Source: a virus
Lineage: Duplodnaviria; Caudoviricetes
IMG/VR virus record: IMGVR_UViG_3300032239_001017
Coordinates: 1-49,619 of that record
DNA length: 49,619 nt
Reading direction: 5' to 3' (one strand)
Shown here: positions 18,460-26,710 of the stretch, one piece after another
How positions within the stretch are numbered: position 1 is the first letter of the stretch
Layout of the letters: every line of letters begins with the position of its first letter
Translations under genes and position numbers: made by a program
Notes under the pieces: model-generated
The model's database searches: none
The model's input: only the letters and a program-made list of their open reading frames with translations
Told to the model about the DNA's origin: nothing

Positions 18460-18758
18460 GCGATATCGGTGATTCATTAGAGAGCCAGATGAATCTGCGC
18501 TTTCCAATGATAACCATTTCTGTTTCATTTGATGATGTCAATGAACCTATACATGTAGACCTTGGCTCGGTCCCGCCATTTGTTGCTGTTTCAGTTCTTG
18601 AAAAAGTCCTAGAAGTCATGAAAATGCTGGTTGTTGGACCAAAAGTTACATTTCAGGGAACAGTACTTGCAGAGCCAATAACTGGTGATGAAGTTAGGTT
18701 TGAAGATTTCTTGGGGTTATTTGAAGATGACGACGATACTGACGAGAATGAAAAATAA
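18456..18758 (+). CDS. Hypothetical acidic protein
   Basis: ATGA-coupled 100-aa ORF. Confidence 0.6.
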   Translation: MSDIGDSLESQMNLRFPMITISVSFDDVNEPIHVDLGSVPPFVAVSVLEKVLEVMKMLVVGPKVTFQGTVLAEPITGDEVRFEDFLGLFEDDDDTDENEK

Positions 18759-18776
18759 AAATTATATATACCCTGC

Positions 18777-18805
18777 TTGACAATTGTATAAATACACAGC
18801 ATAAT
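18777..18805 (+). promoter_or_regulatory. Sigma70/SigA-type promoter for the major capsid gene
   Basis: TTGACA-N17-CATAAT in the AT-rich intergenic gap. Confidence 0.65.
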
Positions 18806-18871
18806 CTGTAATACGAGGTGCTTACCTTGTGTCCAAAAGTTCCACTATTACTCAGAAGGAGTAGAAACAAT

Positions 18872-20170
18872 ATGGCTACAGACAGCCGTTTAAAGGAACT
18901 CAAGTCAGCACTTCGCGAAGTGCTTGCAGACAACGACAAAATCGTTGACCATGCAAGTACCAACCGTGAAGAGGGTGGACCTGAAGTTCAAGTAGAAGCA
19001 AAGCATGTTGATGCATTCCGCAGCAACCTCTCGAAGGCACGCGAAATCCGTGCTGAAATTGAGGCTCTCGAAGGCATGGGCGAAATTCGTTCATGGGCAG
19101 AAGGCATGTCAGCAGCAGCAGCACCACAAGCAAAGTCAGCACTCTGGACTCCAGAGCAGAAGTCACTTGGTCAGCAATTCGTTGACTCAGATGAATTCAA
19201 GGCTATTGCTGGTGGCAAGGCTGGTTACACCATGAATGCACCATTCACCGTTAAGGGCTCGTTCTCTTCATACGGCGTAAAGGACATTTACACTGAGTTG
19301 CCATCAGGCACCCCAGGCCAGTTTGCAACCCCACAACGTCTCGGCATCGTACCTCGTCAGCACCGTGTAATGCGCGTGCGCGACCTGTTCGATGTACAGC
19401 AGACAACCACGAACATGATTGAATTCTTCCGTGTAACTGGTTTCACCAACGCTGCATCAACTGTTGCAGAGCGTAACGGTGGAAACAATGCATTCGGCGA
19501 GAAGCCACAGTCATCGATGACGGTAGTTGGTGTTCAGGCTCCAGTACGTACGATTGCTCACTACGAAGTAGCACACCGCAACGTATTGGATGACGAACCA
19601 ACCCTTCGCGGAATCATCGACAACGAACTCCTCTACGGTCTTCGTCTTGTTGAAGATGACCAGATTCTCAACGGTGACGGCCTTGGCCAGAACCTGTTGG
19701 GTGTCCGTAAGGCATCTGGCGTTCAGACCTACTCGTGGAGTGGCGGTGCAGCATACGATACCCGAATCGACGCAATTCGTCGTGGTATCACCAAGTCGTT
19801 GCTCGCTTACTACGAGCCAACGGGTATGATTGTTCACCCAATGGACCTCGAGAGCATCGAATTGACCAAGGACGACATCAAGAACTACATGATGGTTATG
19901 TCAGTGGCAATGGGTGCAGAAGCACGTCTATGGCGTTTGCCAATCGTCGCAACACCAGCAATCGAAGAAGGCAAGGTTCTCCTTGGCTCATTCGGTATCG
20001 GTGCAACACTGTTCGACCGCATGGAAGGAAACATCCGTGTATCCGAGCAGCACAGCGACTTCTTCGTACGTAACGCAGTTGCGGTACTTGCAGAAGAGCG
20101 TTTGGCATTGGCTGTTAAGCGTCCAGAGTCCTTCGTTGAGGTTACACTCGACCAAGCACCAGAGGCTTAA
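18872..20170 (+). CDS. HK97-fold major capsid protein with N-terminal delta domain
   Basis: GEKPQS, VRTIAH, EDDQILNGDG, LWRLPIV, FVRNAVAVLAEERLALAVKRPESF; AAGGAG RBS; strongly biased codons. Confidence 0.95.
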   Translation: MATDSRLKELKSALREVLADNDKIVDHASTNREEGGPEVQVEAKHVDAFRSNLSKAREIRAEIEALEGMGEIRSWAEGMSAAAAPQAKSALWTPEQKSLGQQFVDSDEFKAIAGGKAGYTMNAPFTVKGSFSSYGVKDIYTELPSGTPGQFATPQRLGIVPRQHRVMRVRDLFDVQQTTTNMIEFFRVTGFTNAASTVAERNGGNNAFGEKPQSSMTVVGVQAPVRTIAHYEVAHRNVLDDEPTLRGIIDNELLYGLRLVEDDQILNGDGLGQNLLGVRKASGVQTYSWSGGAAYDTRIDAIRRGITKSLLAYYEPTGMIVHPMDLESIELTKDDIKNYMMVMSVAMGAEARLWRLPIVATPAIEEGKVLLGSFGIGATLFDRMEGNIRVSEQHSDFFVRNAVAVLAEERLALAVKRPESFVEVTLDQAPEA

Positions 20171-20190
20171 TAACTTAAGTCAGGATATAG

Positions 20191-20228
20191 AGAACCCGCC
20201 CCTTGAACGGGGCGGGTTCTCTGCTTTA
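20191..20228 (+). terminator. Rho-independent terminator after MCP
   Basis: Perfect 12-bp stem agaacccgcccc / ggggcgggttct. Confidence 0.85.
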
Positions 20229-20237
20229 TGGGGCTAC

Positions 20238-20735
20238 ATGAATAAGCATTTTACGTTCATTGCAAACTATGACAATTTTGATAATCTAAAACGTCTTGTA
20301 GAATCGCTTACCGAAAAAGACTGGAAATCGTTCACAAAAAGAAAAACAATCGCCAGCGAGAACGTCTACACAATCCCACTTATATACCCACGGAAGTCAG
20401 TTCAAAACTCGCTACACCAACATTTGAATAGTTTTATTGAACATATTAAATTAGTGGAACAACTTGTTGGCATGGAGGTTCAGAGGGGAATTTTAGTCAA
20501 TCTTCCAGCCCACCAAGAGATACGAAGGCATATGGATAGGGGTGAATTTCTGCAGAGCACCCATAGGATTCACCTTCCAGTAATTACCAATAGCAAGTGC
20601 CTATTTTCAATCGGCGACGAAGAAATGGTCATTCCAGCAGGCCAATTGTGGGAAGTGAATAATACTGGGGAGTACCACAATGTTAAAAACGATGGCGATT
20701 TTGACAGAATCCATCTCATAGTAGATGTTAAATAA
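20238..20735 (+). CDS. Aspartyl/asparaginyl beta-hydroxylase-like 2OG-Fe(II) oxygenase
   Basis: HMD...HRIHLPVITN...GQLWEVNN...H.V.N...RIHLIVD; true start is ATG 20238, since the longer track ORF overlaps MCP. Confidence 0.85.
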   Translation: MNKHFTFIANYDNFDNLKRLVESLTEKDWKSFTKRKTIASENVYTIPLIYPRKSVQNSLHQHLNSFIEHIKLVEQLVGMEVQRGILVNLPAHQEIRRHMDRGEFLQSTHRIHLPVITNSKCLFSIGDEEMVIPAGQLWEVNNTGEYHNVKNDGDFDRIHLIVDVK

Positions 20736-20778
20736 AATTCAATATTTTGTGGTACTATAAACGAAACAAGGAGATTTT

Positions 20779-21303
20779 ATGCCAGACATGCAAACAGAAC
20801 TCACCACCATGGCAAACCGCCTCAATGAACAGGCAAATGCAATGGGTATTAACGACGTAATCAAGATGCTCAATACGCTTCTCGCAAATACTGCCTCGTT
20901 ATACCACGAAGCGCATGGATTTCATTGGAACGTAAAGGGTCCAGATTTCTCGCAGTATCACGCTCTATTTGGTGGAATCTATGAAAGTCTGTTTGAATCA
21001 ATTGACGATATCGCTGAATGGTGTTTGAAACTAGGAGTTGATGCCCCATTCCATATGTCGGAGTTTATTAAACTGCGCACAATCGGTGAATTGAGCCCAG
21101 AAGATACACCACAAGCAATGTCATTGGCACTTCTTAATGGAACGCAGATGCTTATTGATGAACTCAAGGATGCATTTGAAGTTGCAGAAGAGGCAGATGA
21201 ACAGGGTCTTGCAAACTTTATCGCAGAACTTATTGATACAAATCAAAAGAATGCATGGCAACTCCGTGCCTCTTTGGGTCTGCAGAAGCAAAACCGAATC
21301 TAG
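20779..21303 (+). CDS. dps: Dps (DNA-binding ferritin-like protein)
   Basis: HGFHWNVKGPDFSQYHALF...DDIAE ferroxidase signature; AAGGAG RBS; TGgTACTAT promoter. Confidence 0.92.
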   Translation: MPDMQTELTTMANRLNEQANAMGINDVIKMLNTLLANTASLYHEAHGFHWNVKGPDFSQYHALFGGIYESLFESIDDIAEWCLKLGVDAPFHMSEFIKLRTIGELSPEDTPQAMSLALLNGTQMLIDELKDAFEVAEEADEQGLANFIAELIDTNQKNAWQLRASLGLQKQNRI

Positions 21304-21320
21304 TCTGATATACTTTTGAT

Positions 21321-21485
21321 ATGTCACAAATAGTGGTTATTGCGCCGAGAGATATTTTTGAAAATATCGAAGGCAAGAATGTTCGTGTTGTTCGTAAAGG
21401 TGACCGCATCACTGTTGAAGAAGCAATGAAGCATAAGGTCATGCCTATTTCTTTTTCGGAGCCATTCTCAATCGAATCAAAGTAG
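21321..21485 (+). CDS. 54-aa hypothetical protein (MSQIVVIAPRDIFENIEGK...)
   Basis: Translated by hand; fills the gap after dps; TGaTATACT just upstream of the ATG. Confidence 0.55.
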   Translation: MSQIVVIAPRDIFENIEGKNVRVVRKGDRITVEEAMKHKVMPISFSEPFSIESK

Positions 21486-21490
21486 GTTCC

Positions 21491-21901
21491 ATGGACGGCA
21501 TGGGCCACGAACAATTTGACATTGGCGAGGACTTGGATTTTGCTATTGCCTGGGACCTTGATGAACCGTTTGTAATGCTCAAAAGTTCTCTCTATGAAGC
21601 GGCTGCTCACAGTTCTGACTTTAAGCCAGATTATCCATATGATGCTGTATTCAATAGAGTTTGTGCAAGTGGTCTAATTAGAGATGCATTTAATACTGAT
21701 AGATTTATAGAAATACGCTATGGCTGGGAAATGTTAGATAAGTCAAATATTATTCTTCACAGTTGTTCTGGATATGTTGCGGATTATGAAATAACCGTAG
21801 ATGGCGGCGAGCCTGGGTTTTTAATGGAAATCCCTGGTGATGGAATCGCGGCTTTTAAATATTCATCAATATTTTGGGTGGGCCAGGGTATAGAAGAATA
21901 A
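21491..21901 (+). CDS. Hypothetical acidic protein
   Basis: 136-aa ORF co-oriented with the operon. Confidence 0.55.
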   Translation: MDGMGHEQFDIGEDLDFAIAWDLDEPFVMLKSSLYEAAAHSSDFKPDYPYDAVFNRVCASGLIRDAFNTDRFIEIRYGWEMLDKSNIILHSCSGYVADYEITVDGGEPGFLMEIPGDGIAAFKYSSIFWVGQGIEE

Positions 21902-21936
21902 ATCACCCTATGTGCAGCATAGTGTAATGTGTTGAT

Positions 21937-22506
21937 ATGGCCATTCTGAACTATGCAGACCTTGCTCGATTTATGAATCGTGAATTTAATGAAGGGCAAC
22001 AGGCTGCTGCCTCGACCATTATTCAGGCGCTGGAGTCAGAGTTGTCTGTCCTGCTAAATCGCCCCTTGCAGCCAATCCGAGTAACAGACGAAAAGCATTT
22101 TCTTGAAAGTGCTCAAAAGCAAATCTTTCTGCGTAAAGGACCAGTGCGGGAAGTAATCCAATTTAGAATCGGTCAAATTCCAACAAACTCAACAATGTTT
22201 GAGCAGAATTTAAATGACTATACTATCACCCCCTGGGGCATAGATAATATTCTTATTAGTGGTATTGGATATATTGCATACGTCACGTACAATGCTGGCC
22301 TATTAGATGCAGATGTTCAGGCTCTTGAAAGGGTTGTGCTGTTTGCCTCTGCAAGAGAAATGAGCAAAGTTCTTATTGACGCTCAAGGTCTTGGAAGACT
22401 CGATGTTGAAGGAACTAAATATTTCTTTGAAGCAAATGGTGCTGGAGGTTTTACTACTGCAGAAATGAAGAGTGTCGAACGCTATAAGCGTAGAGTAATC
22501 AGGTAG
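21937..22506 (+). CDS. Head-tail adaptor (gp6/gp15-like)
   Basis: Position after MCP; IFLRKGPVREV...VTYNAG pattern. Confidence 0.75.
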   Translation: MAILNYADLARFMNREFNEGQQAAASTIIQALESELSVLLNRPLQPIRVTDEKHFLESAQKQIFLRKGPVREVIQFRIGQIPTNSTMFEQNLNDYTITPWGIDNILISGIGYIAYVTYNAGLLDADVQALERVVLFASAREMSKVLIDAQGLGRLDVEGTKYFFEANGAGGFTTAEMKSVERYKRRVIR

Positions 22507-22508
22507 TC

Positions 22509-22850
22509 ATGCGTAACGCTGCCGATGATATCATCGTGCGTCGGAAAACTGACGCAACAATCGATGCAAATGGAGAAGGAATTTGGACTCCAGTAGTTAC
22601 TGATACGCACTACCGCGGCTCAGTACATCAGCGCGTAGCAGAAGAAGGACAGCCAGACATCCTTGGTCAGTACGGAGAAAGAAAACGCCTAGTTGTGCGA
22701 ATTCCTAATAATGCAATCGTGGAGAGTAACGACCAAATTGTTATTGAAAATAACTATCTATTTTTCAATGGTATTTATGTGATTGAAGGAATTATTAACA
22801 CTCGCACACATCTTCGATTGCTTCTACGAAGGACGGTTGGAAATGAGTAA
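22509..22850 (+). CDS. Head closure / stopper protein
   Basis: Position, size and beta-rich pattern (IVRRK...G.W...Y.IEGI...HLRLLL). Confidence 0.65.
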   Translation: MRNAADDIIVRRKTDATIDANGEGIWTPVVTDTHYRGSVHQRVAEEGQPDILGQYGERKRLVVRIPNNAIVESNDQIVIENNYLFFNGIYVIEGIINTRTHLRLLLRRTVGNE

Positions 22851-23358
22851 GGCAAGTGCAAGTCTTGCTGCTGAAATTGCAGAACTGGATTCTCGAGTTA
22901 AAAGATTGATTCAGTCGGGAGTATCAAGCATGCATTATTCAGCGCGTGAAATTGCTGAACTTGCTGCCAAGGAAGCACAGGATAGCCTTGACCATCAAGG
23001 AACATACCTGGATTACATTGACCCAAGAACTGGAGTTCCTCGTACATCTAGTCAGCCTGGTGAACCACCTGTTTCTCCACCTGGAAACCCTTTGAATGTC
23101 TCGATTAAGGCTGTTAGCGTGACTCCACCAAACTCAAACCCTGCAGTTGCTGGTTTTGGTACTGATTCAGAGTATGGAAAATATCTTGAATATGGAACAT
23201 CCAGAATGTCTCCTAGACCATTTATGCGACCTGCTTCACTAAAAATGTATACACTTGCAGAGGGTGTAGTTGTAACAAATTGGGTTAAAAATATGGTCAA
23301 ACTTGCAAAGTCGATGAAGCGTCAAAACGTAACTATTAATTTTCCAGAGGGTCCATAA
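22843..23358 (+). CDS. HK97 gp10-like neck protein
   Basis: SQPGEPP...EYGKYLEYGTSRMSPRPFMRPA. Confidence 0.85.
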   Translation: MSKASASLAAEIAELDSRVKRLIQSGVSSMHYSAREIAELAAKEAQDSLDHQGTYLDYIDPRTGVPRTSSQPGEPPVSPPGNPLNVSIKAVSVTPPNSNPAVAGFGTDSEYGKYLEYGTSRMSPRPFMRPASLKMYTLAEGVVVTNWVKNMVKLAKSMKRQNVTINFPEGP

Positions 23359-23759
23359 TGGCTACTTCATCGATTGGTGGTCTTATTCGTCAGCGTGTTG
23401 TTGATGCAAATCTTCCTGGAGTTACTGGTGTATTCCGTGATTATGCTCCACCAGCACAGGCTAAACCATACATTACTTATGCTGATGAGTTAACTAACTC
23501 TCCAGTTTTTATTGGCGATGGTCTAACCCGCGTAAGACAGCGGTTAATTCAATTTGACCTTTGGCAAGACAGACCAAATGAAAATACTGAACTTATTGAC
23601 CTGCTTGTTAACTTTTTAGACGGTCTTAAGAACCAAGACTTTATTGACCCATATCTGTACATGATTCGTGTCTATGATATCCAGCGAACTGTTGAACCTA
23701 ATGACAACGTCGTACATCATGCTGTAACATTGCATGTTTACCAAAAGGTCATGAGGTAG
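23358..23759 (+). CDS. Tail completion/terminator protein (DUF3168-like)
   Basis: VFRDYAP...PYITY...IQFDLW...HHAVT. Confidence 0.75.
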   Translation: MATSSIGGLIRQRVVDANLPGVTGVFRDYAPPAQAKPYITYADELTNSPVFIGDGLTRVRQRLIQFDLWQDRPNENTELIDLLVNFLDGLKNQDFIDPYLYMIRVYDIQRTVEPNDNVVHHAVTLHVYQKVMR

Positions 23760-23761
23760 TT

Positions 23762-24427
23762 ATGGCATTTACCCCAATTCTTGTCACAGGAACATATTTG
23801 CTTCCAACTGGAGAACCAGTCTCTGGTTCTATTTCGTTTACACCAACTGCAGTAATGCGAGATGCCTCTACTAATACAAGTATTTCAACAAACGAGCGAG
23901 TTGTTGGGCTTGATGAAAACGGTTATTTTGAAATAGAACTTTTCGCCACAAATGATGGCACCACTGAGCCAAAGGGTGTCACATACGAGGTAAATGAGCG
24001 ATTCCGCAACACCTCATATAATAAGTATTTTATTTCGCTCGACAAATTGGCAATTGATGGAACTGTAGATATTGCCGACATTGTCCCGAATGAGGAGCCA
24101 ATTACAACCTATAACTATGCAACTGTTGAGTATGTTGACCAGTTGGCTGGAATGAGTTCTCATATCCAATTTTCCCCAACAAGCGAAATTCTTTCAACAA
24201 ACGTGCAGGATGCGATTGAGGAAGTTCGTGAACTTTCACGGTTTGAATACACCCAATCAACCCCATCTTCCTCTTGGACCATAAATCACAATATGAGATT
24301 TCACCCAGCAGTCACAGTTGTTGACAGTGGAGGAACTCATGTTATGGGCGAGGTTACGTACACTTCACTAAATCAAGTAAATGTTACCTTTACGAGCCCA
24401 TTCTCTGGCAAGGCTTATTTGTCCTAG
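23762..24427 (+). CDS. Putative tail/fibre-associated structural protein
   Basis: GTYLLPTGEPVSGSISFTP N-terminus; TNVQDAIEE; WTINHN...P.VTVVD...FSGKAYL C-terminal module. Confidence 0.65.
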   Translation: MAFTPILVTGTYLLPTGEPVSGSISFTPTAVMRDASTNTSISTNERVVGLDENGYFEIELFATNDGTTEPKGVTYEVNERFRNTSYNKYFISLDKLAIDGTVDIADIVPNEEPITTYNYATVEYVDQLAGMSSHIQFSPTSEILSTNVQDAIEEVRELSRFEYTQSTPSSSWTINHNMRFHPAVTVVDSGGTHVMGEVTYTSLNQVNVTFTSPFSGKAYLS

Positions 24428-24496
24428 CGACCTTTACACATATTTGACTAAAAATAGCGTACTCTATATCCAGAGTCAGACGCTTTGGAGGTCGCC

Positions 24497-25981
24497 ATGA
24501 GGTTCGTAACTAATTTAAATCTTAATCAGAACCAACTGATTAACGGTACATTTGAGGTCCTTGCTAGTGACCCAAATACTGGTAATTTTGATGGTCGCCT
24601 CATCTTCAATAGTACTGAAGGCACGATTAAGGTTTACGATGCGACTGCTTCGGCATGGCGCAAAATGCTTACTGGCGTTCAGATGGCAGAATCTGACACC
24701 AGTGACTCGCTGACAATCAATGAGTCAAATGGTGTAATTACCATTACGGCGAACAAGGCAACTACCGAATCAGACGGTGTTATGTCCGCAGAGGACAAAG
24801 CAAAACTTGATGGTGCAACCTCATCTGATAGCCACAGCACCCTTGTTTCAAGAGACTCGCAAGGACGATTCCAGGCCGCAGCACCGAATGACCCACTTGA
24901 TGTTGCTAACAAGTCATATGTTGACTCTGCCCGTTCTGGCCTTGACGTTAAGCAAGCAGTTCATGTTGCCACAACTGGCCCTATCACACTAAGCACCGAC
25001 CTTGCTCCTGGCGATTACATTGATAATCACCCATTGAACATTGGTGACCGTGTTCTTGTTAAGGACCAGGACACTGCTTCTGAAAACGGCATCTATGAAG
25101 TCCAAGAAGATGGCTCAGTGGTTCGTGCTCCAGACGCCGACACGAGTGTTGAAGTTGCTCCTGGAATGTTCTGCTTCGTCACGATGGGCGACGTAAACCA
25201 TGACTCTGGTTGGGTTCTTATTACTGACGCTCCAATCACACTTGGTTCAACCGCACTTGAGTTCTCGCTGTTCTCGGTTGCTGGAAACATTCTTGCTGGT
25301 GATGCACTCAGCAAGGATGGTGACGTTCTCAATGTAAATGTTGACGGAACCAGCATTGAGGTTTACGATGATGCACTCCGTATTGCTTCTGGCGCTGCTG
25401 GCGCTGGTTTGAGCGCTTCTGTAGGTGTTCTCAGTGTAAATACTGAAGCAACTGGTGGCATTGAAATCAATGGCTACGATAACCTCCAGATTAAGATTGA
25501 CCCAGCAGTTGATGGATTGACCACAACGGCAAATGGTCTTGCCCTAACCGCAGATATTGCTGGTGACGGACTTACATTCACTGATGGTCAACTTAGTCGC
25601 AACCAGATTGACCTGAGTCAGGGTTCTGACGATACGACTGGAGTACTGCCAATTGACCAAGGCGGTACTGGAGAAACAACTGAAGATGCAGCACGTTATG
25701 CACTTGCACAGGGAAATTCAAGTGGACGTAGCACAAGCAACCCAGTTCTGGCCCGTATTGTTTACCAGATAATTGGTAACAATTCAGACACCTCATTTGA
25801 TATTTATCATAACTTCGGTACCCGCCATGTTATTGCGCAAGTTTATGATACCGCTACATACGACACGGTTATTGCTGATGTTACCCGTCCAACTACGGAC
25901 AAGATAAATGTTCAATTCTCCAATGCTCCAGACAACAATGCTTACACAGTTGTTGTAAATGGTTGGGATGACTGGTACTAA
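24497..25981 (+). CDS. Tail fibre-like protein
   Basis: ANKSYVD, VKQAVHVATT...GDRVLVKDQ..ENGIY module, AGDGL-type repeats; GGAGG RBS. Confidence 0.75.
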   Translation: MRFVTNLNLNQNQLINGTFEVLASDPNTGNFDGRLIFNSTEGTIKVYDATASAWRKMLTGVQMAESDTSDSLTINESNGVITITANKATTESDGVMSAEDKAKLDGATSSDSHSTLVSRDSQGRFQAAAPNDPLDVANKSYVDSARSGLDVKQAVHVATTGPITLSTDLAPGDYIDNHPLNIGDRVLVKDQDTASENGIYEVQEDGSVVRAPDADTSVEVAPGMFCFVTMGDVNHDSGWVLITDAPITLGSTALEFSLFSVAGNILAGDALSKDGDVLNVNVDGTSIEVYDDALRIASGAAGAGLSASVGVLSVNTEATGGIEINGYDNLQIKIDPAVDGLTTTANGLALTADIAGDGLTFTDGQLSRNQIDLSQGSDDTTGVLPIDQGGTGETTEDAARYALAQGNSSGRSTSNPVLARIVYQIIGNNSDTSFDIYHNFGTRHVIAQVYDTATYDTVIADVTRPTTDKINVQFSNAPDNNAYTVVVNGWDDWY

Positions 25982-26044
25982 ATTTTTAAAAACAATGCCT
26001 TGCGGGGCATTCATAGCAAAGAAGACAGTTGAGGCTGAATTCGT

Positions 26045-26710
26045 ATGACAAAGTTTGTGGGGTCTGCCCTACGCGGATTTGATTTTAGTAGTCCCGCGGA
26101 TGAAGCGATATCTGCTCGCGTACATTCAGACAATGTTCCACGAATTCGCATTGATGCTGGTGGTCGTATTACATGGGGTAGCGGCTCTTCAACTGGAGAC
26201 GTAAACCTATACAGAGATTCAGAGAATGTTCTTACTACCGATGACCTTTTTAAGGCGACTGGCGGTCTTGTAACAATTACCTCAAATGGTGCTCCATCAT
26301 ACTCAGTTCCAAACGGTGGTCTTGCGGTTGACACGACAAATCATGTCTTCTACTTCCGTTCAAATGACACATGGAATCAAGTAACTGGTGGCGGTGGAAA
26401 TGCTGTAGTTACAGTCTCATCATCTGCTCCAGGAAGCCCAGAAGAAGGAAATCTCTGGTTTGATATAGATGTAGCAGTTCTGTATATCTACACAACAGCA
26501 GATGGATGGGTTTCTGTAAGCGGTTCTTTAACACTTGATGGACTAAGTGATGTTGCAATATCCTATCCAACAACTGGTCAGGTATTGGCATATAATGGTA
26601 CTTCATGGATTAACCAAAATGCGCCATCTGGTGGCATTGGATATATAGACGGTGGTGCGGCAGGAACAGTTTTTGACACACCAAATATTGACGGAGGAGC
26701 AGCAGCGTAA
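26045..26710 (+). CDS. Tail fibre-associated protein
   Basis: SSSAP...GNLWFD, LDGLSDV...GQVLAYNGTSWIN and IDGG motifs. Confidence 0.7.
   Translation: MTKFVGSALRGFDFSSPADEAISARVHSDNVPRIRIDAGGRITWGSGSSTGDVNLYRDSENVLTTDDLFKATGGLVTITSNGAPSYSVPNGGLAVDTTNHVFYFRSNDTWNQVTGGGGNAVVTVSSSAPGSPEEGNLWFDIDVAVLYIYTTADGWVSVSGSLTLDGLSDVAISYPTTGQVLAYNGTSWINQNAPSGGIGYIDGGAAGTVFDTPNIDGGAAA

Noticed and set aside
19914-20237. Long N-terminal extension of the AspH-like ORF, or an MCP frameshift fusion
   Set aside because: The extension overlaps MCP out of frame and crosses a strong terminator, and no slippery site was identified. ATG 20238 gives a normal-length enzyme.
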